From contig NC_083409.1 of the NCBI RefSeq assembly GCF_020745735.1, positions 15,719,873 through 15,783,872 on the forward strand: a stretch of 64,000 nt of DNA. Direction: 5' to 3'. Source of the stretch: Hemiscyllium ocellatum. Taxonomy: Eukaryota. Positions 61,990-64,000 of the stretch are shown piece by piece. A program made the translations under genes and the position numbers. Numbering within the stretch: the stretch's first letter is position 1; every line of letters begins with the position of its first letter. The notes below the pieces were generated by a model. It was not told where the DNA came from. It did no database searches and was given only the letters and a program-made list of their open reading frames with translations.

Positions 61990-62960
61990 CATAGAGTCAT
62001 CGAGTCCTACAGCACAGATACAGGCCCTTTGGCCCAAACCAGACCATGCTGACCAAAATATCCATCCACACAAACCCCATTTGCCCTGCACTTGGCCCAT
62101 ATCCTTCAAATTACATACTATCTATGTATTTGTCCAAATACCTTTTAAATGTTGTTCATGTACCCTCCTCAATCATTCCATACGACTACCACCTTCTGTG
62201 TAAAAATGATGCCCCTCAGGTTCCCGTTTATTCTAACCTTCAACTGATGCCCTCTAGGCCTTGATTCCCCAACCCTGGGACAAAGACTGAGTGCATTCAC
62301 CCTATCCATGTTTCTCAAGATCTTATACACTTCTAAAAGATTCCCCTTTAGTCTCCAACATTCTTAAGAAAAATGTCCTAGCTGGCCCAAACTCTCCCAA
62401 AAACTCAGATGTTGAAACCTGGCAACATCCTTGTAAATTTATTCTGCACTCTTTCCAGTTTAATAATATCCTTCATATAACAAGGTGACCAAAACTGAAC
62501 ACAATACTCCAAGTGCAGCCTCACCAACGTCATGTACAATTGAAACATAACTTCCCAACTTCTACACCCAGTGCCCTGACTGATGACGGCCAGTGTGCCA
62601 AAAGCCTTCTTCACTGCCCTGTCTAACTGTGACTCAACTTTCAGAGAACTGTGCACCTGAACTCTGAGATCCCACTGTTTCACTACAGTCCTGAAGGCCT
62701 TACCATTCACCATGAAACTCCTACCTTGATTTAACTTTCCAAAATGCAAGACCTCATACTTATCTACATTAAACTCAATTTATCATTTCTTTTCCCACTT
62801 CCACAGCTGATCAAGGTCCTGTTACAATATCTGATAACCTTCCTCATTGTCCACAATACCGGCTATTGTAATGTCTTCTAAATCATTGATATTGATAACA
62901 AACAATAATGGGCCCAGCATCAATCCTGAGGCACTCCACTAGACTCAGGCCTCCAGTCTG
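61990..62960 (-). mobile_element. CR1 RT and 3' fragment
   Basis: ORF 62405..62749: MHFGKLNQGRSF...LVRLHLEYCVQFWSP. Confidence 0.88.
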
Positions 62961-63617
62961 ACAAGTATCCTTCCACTATGTCCCTCTGCTTTCTCCCATT
63001 CTCGCCAGTTAGAGAAAAGTATTTATCTTTGGTCAGAAATTAGTTTGGAGGTAGGAGACAGAGAGGAGGGATAATGTGTGTGCTCTCCAATGAGCAAAAT
63101 CTGGATAGTGGTGTCCCCAGGGAATTGGGCTGGAACCTCAGCATTTCACGATATTTCTAAATGACTTGGATGAAGGAATAGACAGCCATATATCCAAGAT
63201 TGTTGATCACACTGAGTGAGGCAGTTTGAAGGAGGTTACAGAGATAGGGAGAGTGGAGGACAGGGAGGGACTTGAGAACAAGGATGAGAATTTGAAAATC
63301 AAGGTGTTGCTGGACCAGGAACCAATGTAGGCACAGGGCGCAGGGGGTTGGAGGAATGGGATTTGATACGAGTTTAGATATGGGGCAGCAGAATTTGGGA
63401 TGAGCTGAAGGTTACGGAGGGCAGTGGCTGTGATGTGTGCAAGCGCAACATTGGTATGGTCATGTTTGGAGTCCCATGCACATGACAGAGATTTTCAGTT
63501 GCTGATCTTTGTGAGATGGAGGATATGGTGCTCAGATCAGCCCCAAAGATGAGGCCAAGTTTGTAAAGAGTCTGGTTGAGCAGCAGGCAGTGCTCAGGGA
63601 GAGGGATGGAATTTGTA

Positions 63618-63914
63618 CTGGGAGCTGAAGGGGAATGGCTTTGATCTTCCCAATGTGTTTCCCAGTGAGCCTGGCTCCTCAGTCCTGACTGCTCTTAGCT
63701 GCTGTGATTGTCACTGATTGGACACTTATTATTAGAGATTCTGACCACAGCAGAAAGCCCCAGTGTAAAAAATAACTGCAAAGACTGTCAGATCGCAAGG
63801 TTGAAACTTCACCAAAAGAGGAAGTGAAATAAAGAGCTCGGAGCAGCTGGATGTTTGTTACTGAGACGGGAGAAAACTGTGAACTGTCTGCACTCCCAAG
63901 AACCTGACAGCACA
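63618..63914 (+). promoter_or_regulatory. Conserved block B: inverted copy of block A
   Basis: ACCACA at 63744-63749, GGAAGTGAAA at 63820-63829 and CAGCTG at 63844-63849. Confidence 0.55.
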
Positions 63915-64000
63915 GGAGGCTGGTTCTGGGATTTTTCTTTTCAGAAACAGCACAGTGATGGGGAAAAAGGACAGTCACTCTCTCACAAACACATACACCT

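Noticed and set aside
63951-63990. CACAGTG near the window end
   Set aside because: The best nonamer candidates have four or more mismatches.
1-64000. CRISPR array or prokaryotic operon
   Set aside because: The sequence is vertebrate, with spliced genes and retroelements. There is no identical-repeat/unique-spacer array; the 43-bp array is a decayed minisatellite.

Overview
This is eukaryotic, repeat-dominated genomic DNA from a cartilaginous fish (shark), not a prokaryotic window. The species cannot be determined; the Ig sequence and the SINE/CR1 families point to a shark. Two host genes lie on the minus strand. (1) A complete kappa-type (shark type III/NS4-like) immunoglobulin light-chain cluster: TATA box and variant octamer, leader exon 41041-40993, V fused directly to J with no RSS (40806-40478), an 8.3-kb J-C intron, an intact C exon 32135-31807 and AATAAA at 31286-31281. 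As assembled, the V-J join is one base short of in-frame. (2) Six spliceable, stop-free exons (25102 to 13193) of a CEP350-family gene (CEP350-like; the paralogue CCDC187 is not excluded). It appears to lack the CAP-Gly-containing middle of CEP350, and its 5' exons are not visible. Structural features: a 500-N gap (27363-27862), a ~2-kb inverted duplication of the CEP350-like intron just past the gap, and a ~300-bp, ~94% identical inverted block (46081-46376 / 63618-63914). That block carries a perfect ETS-IRF composite element plus E-box, RUNX and CCAAT motifs; it is a candidate light-chain enhancer and predicts a second, divergent cluster beyond the window. The rest is layered retroelements: many CR1 LINEs (one young and near full length), L2-like and L1-clade pieces, a Penelope-like element, tRNA-derived SINEs, and Penelope-type minimal hammerhead ribozyme motifs. 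Protein identifications come from recalled family sequences, not database searches. Repeat boundaries are approximate.
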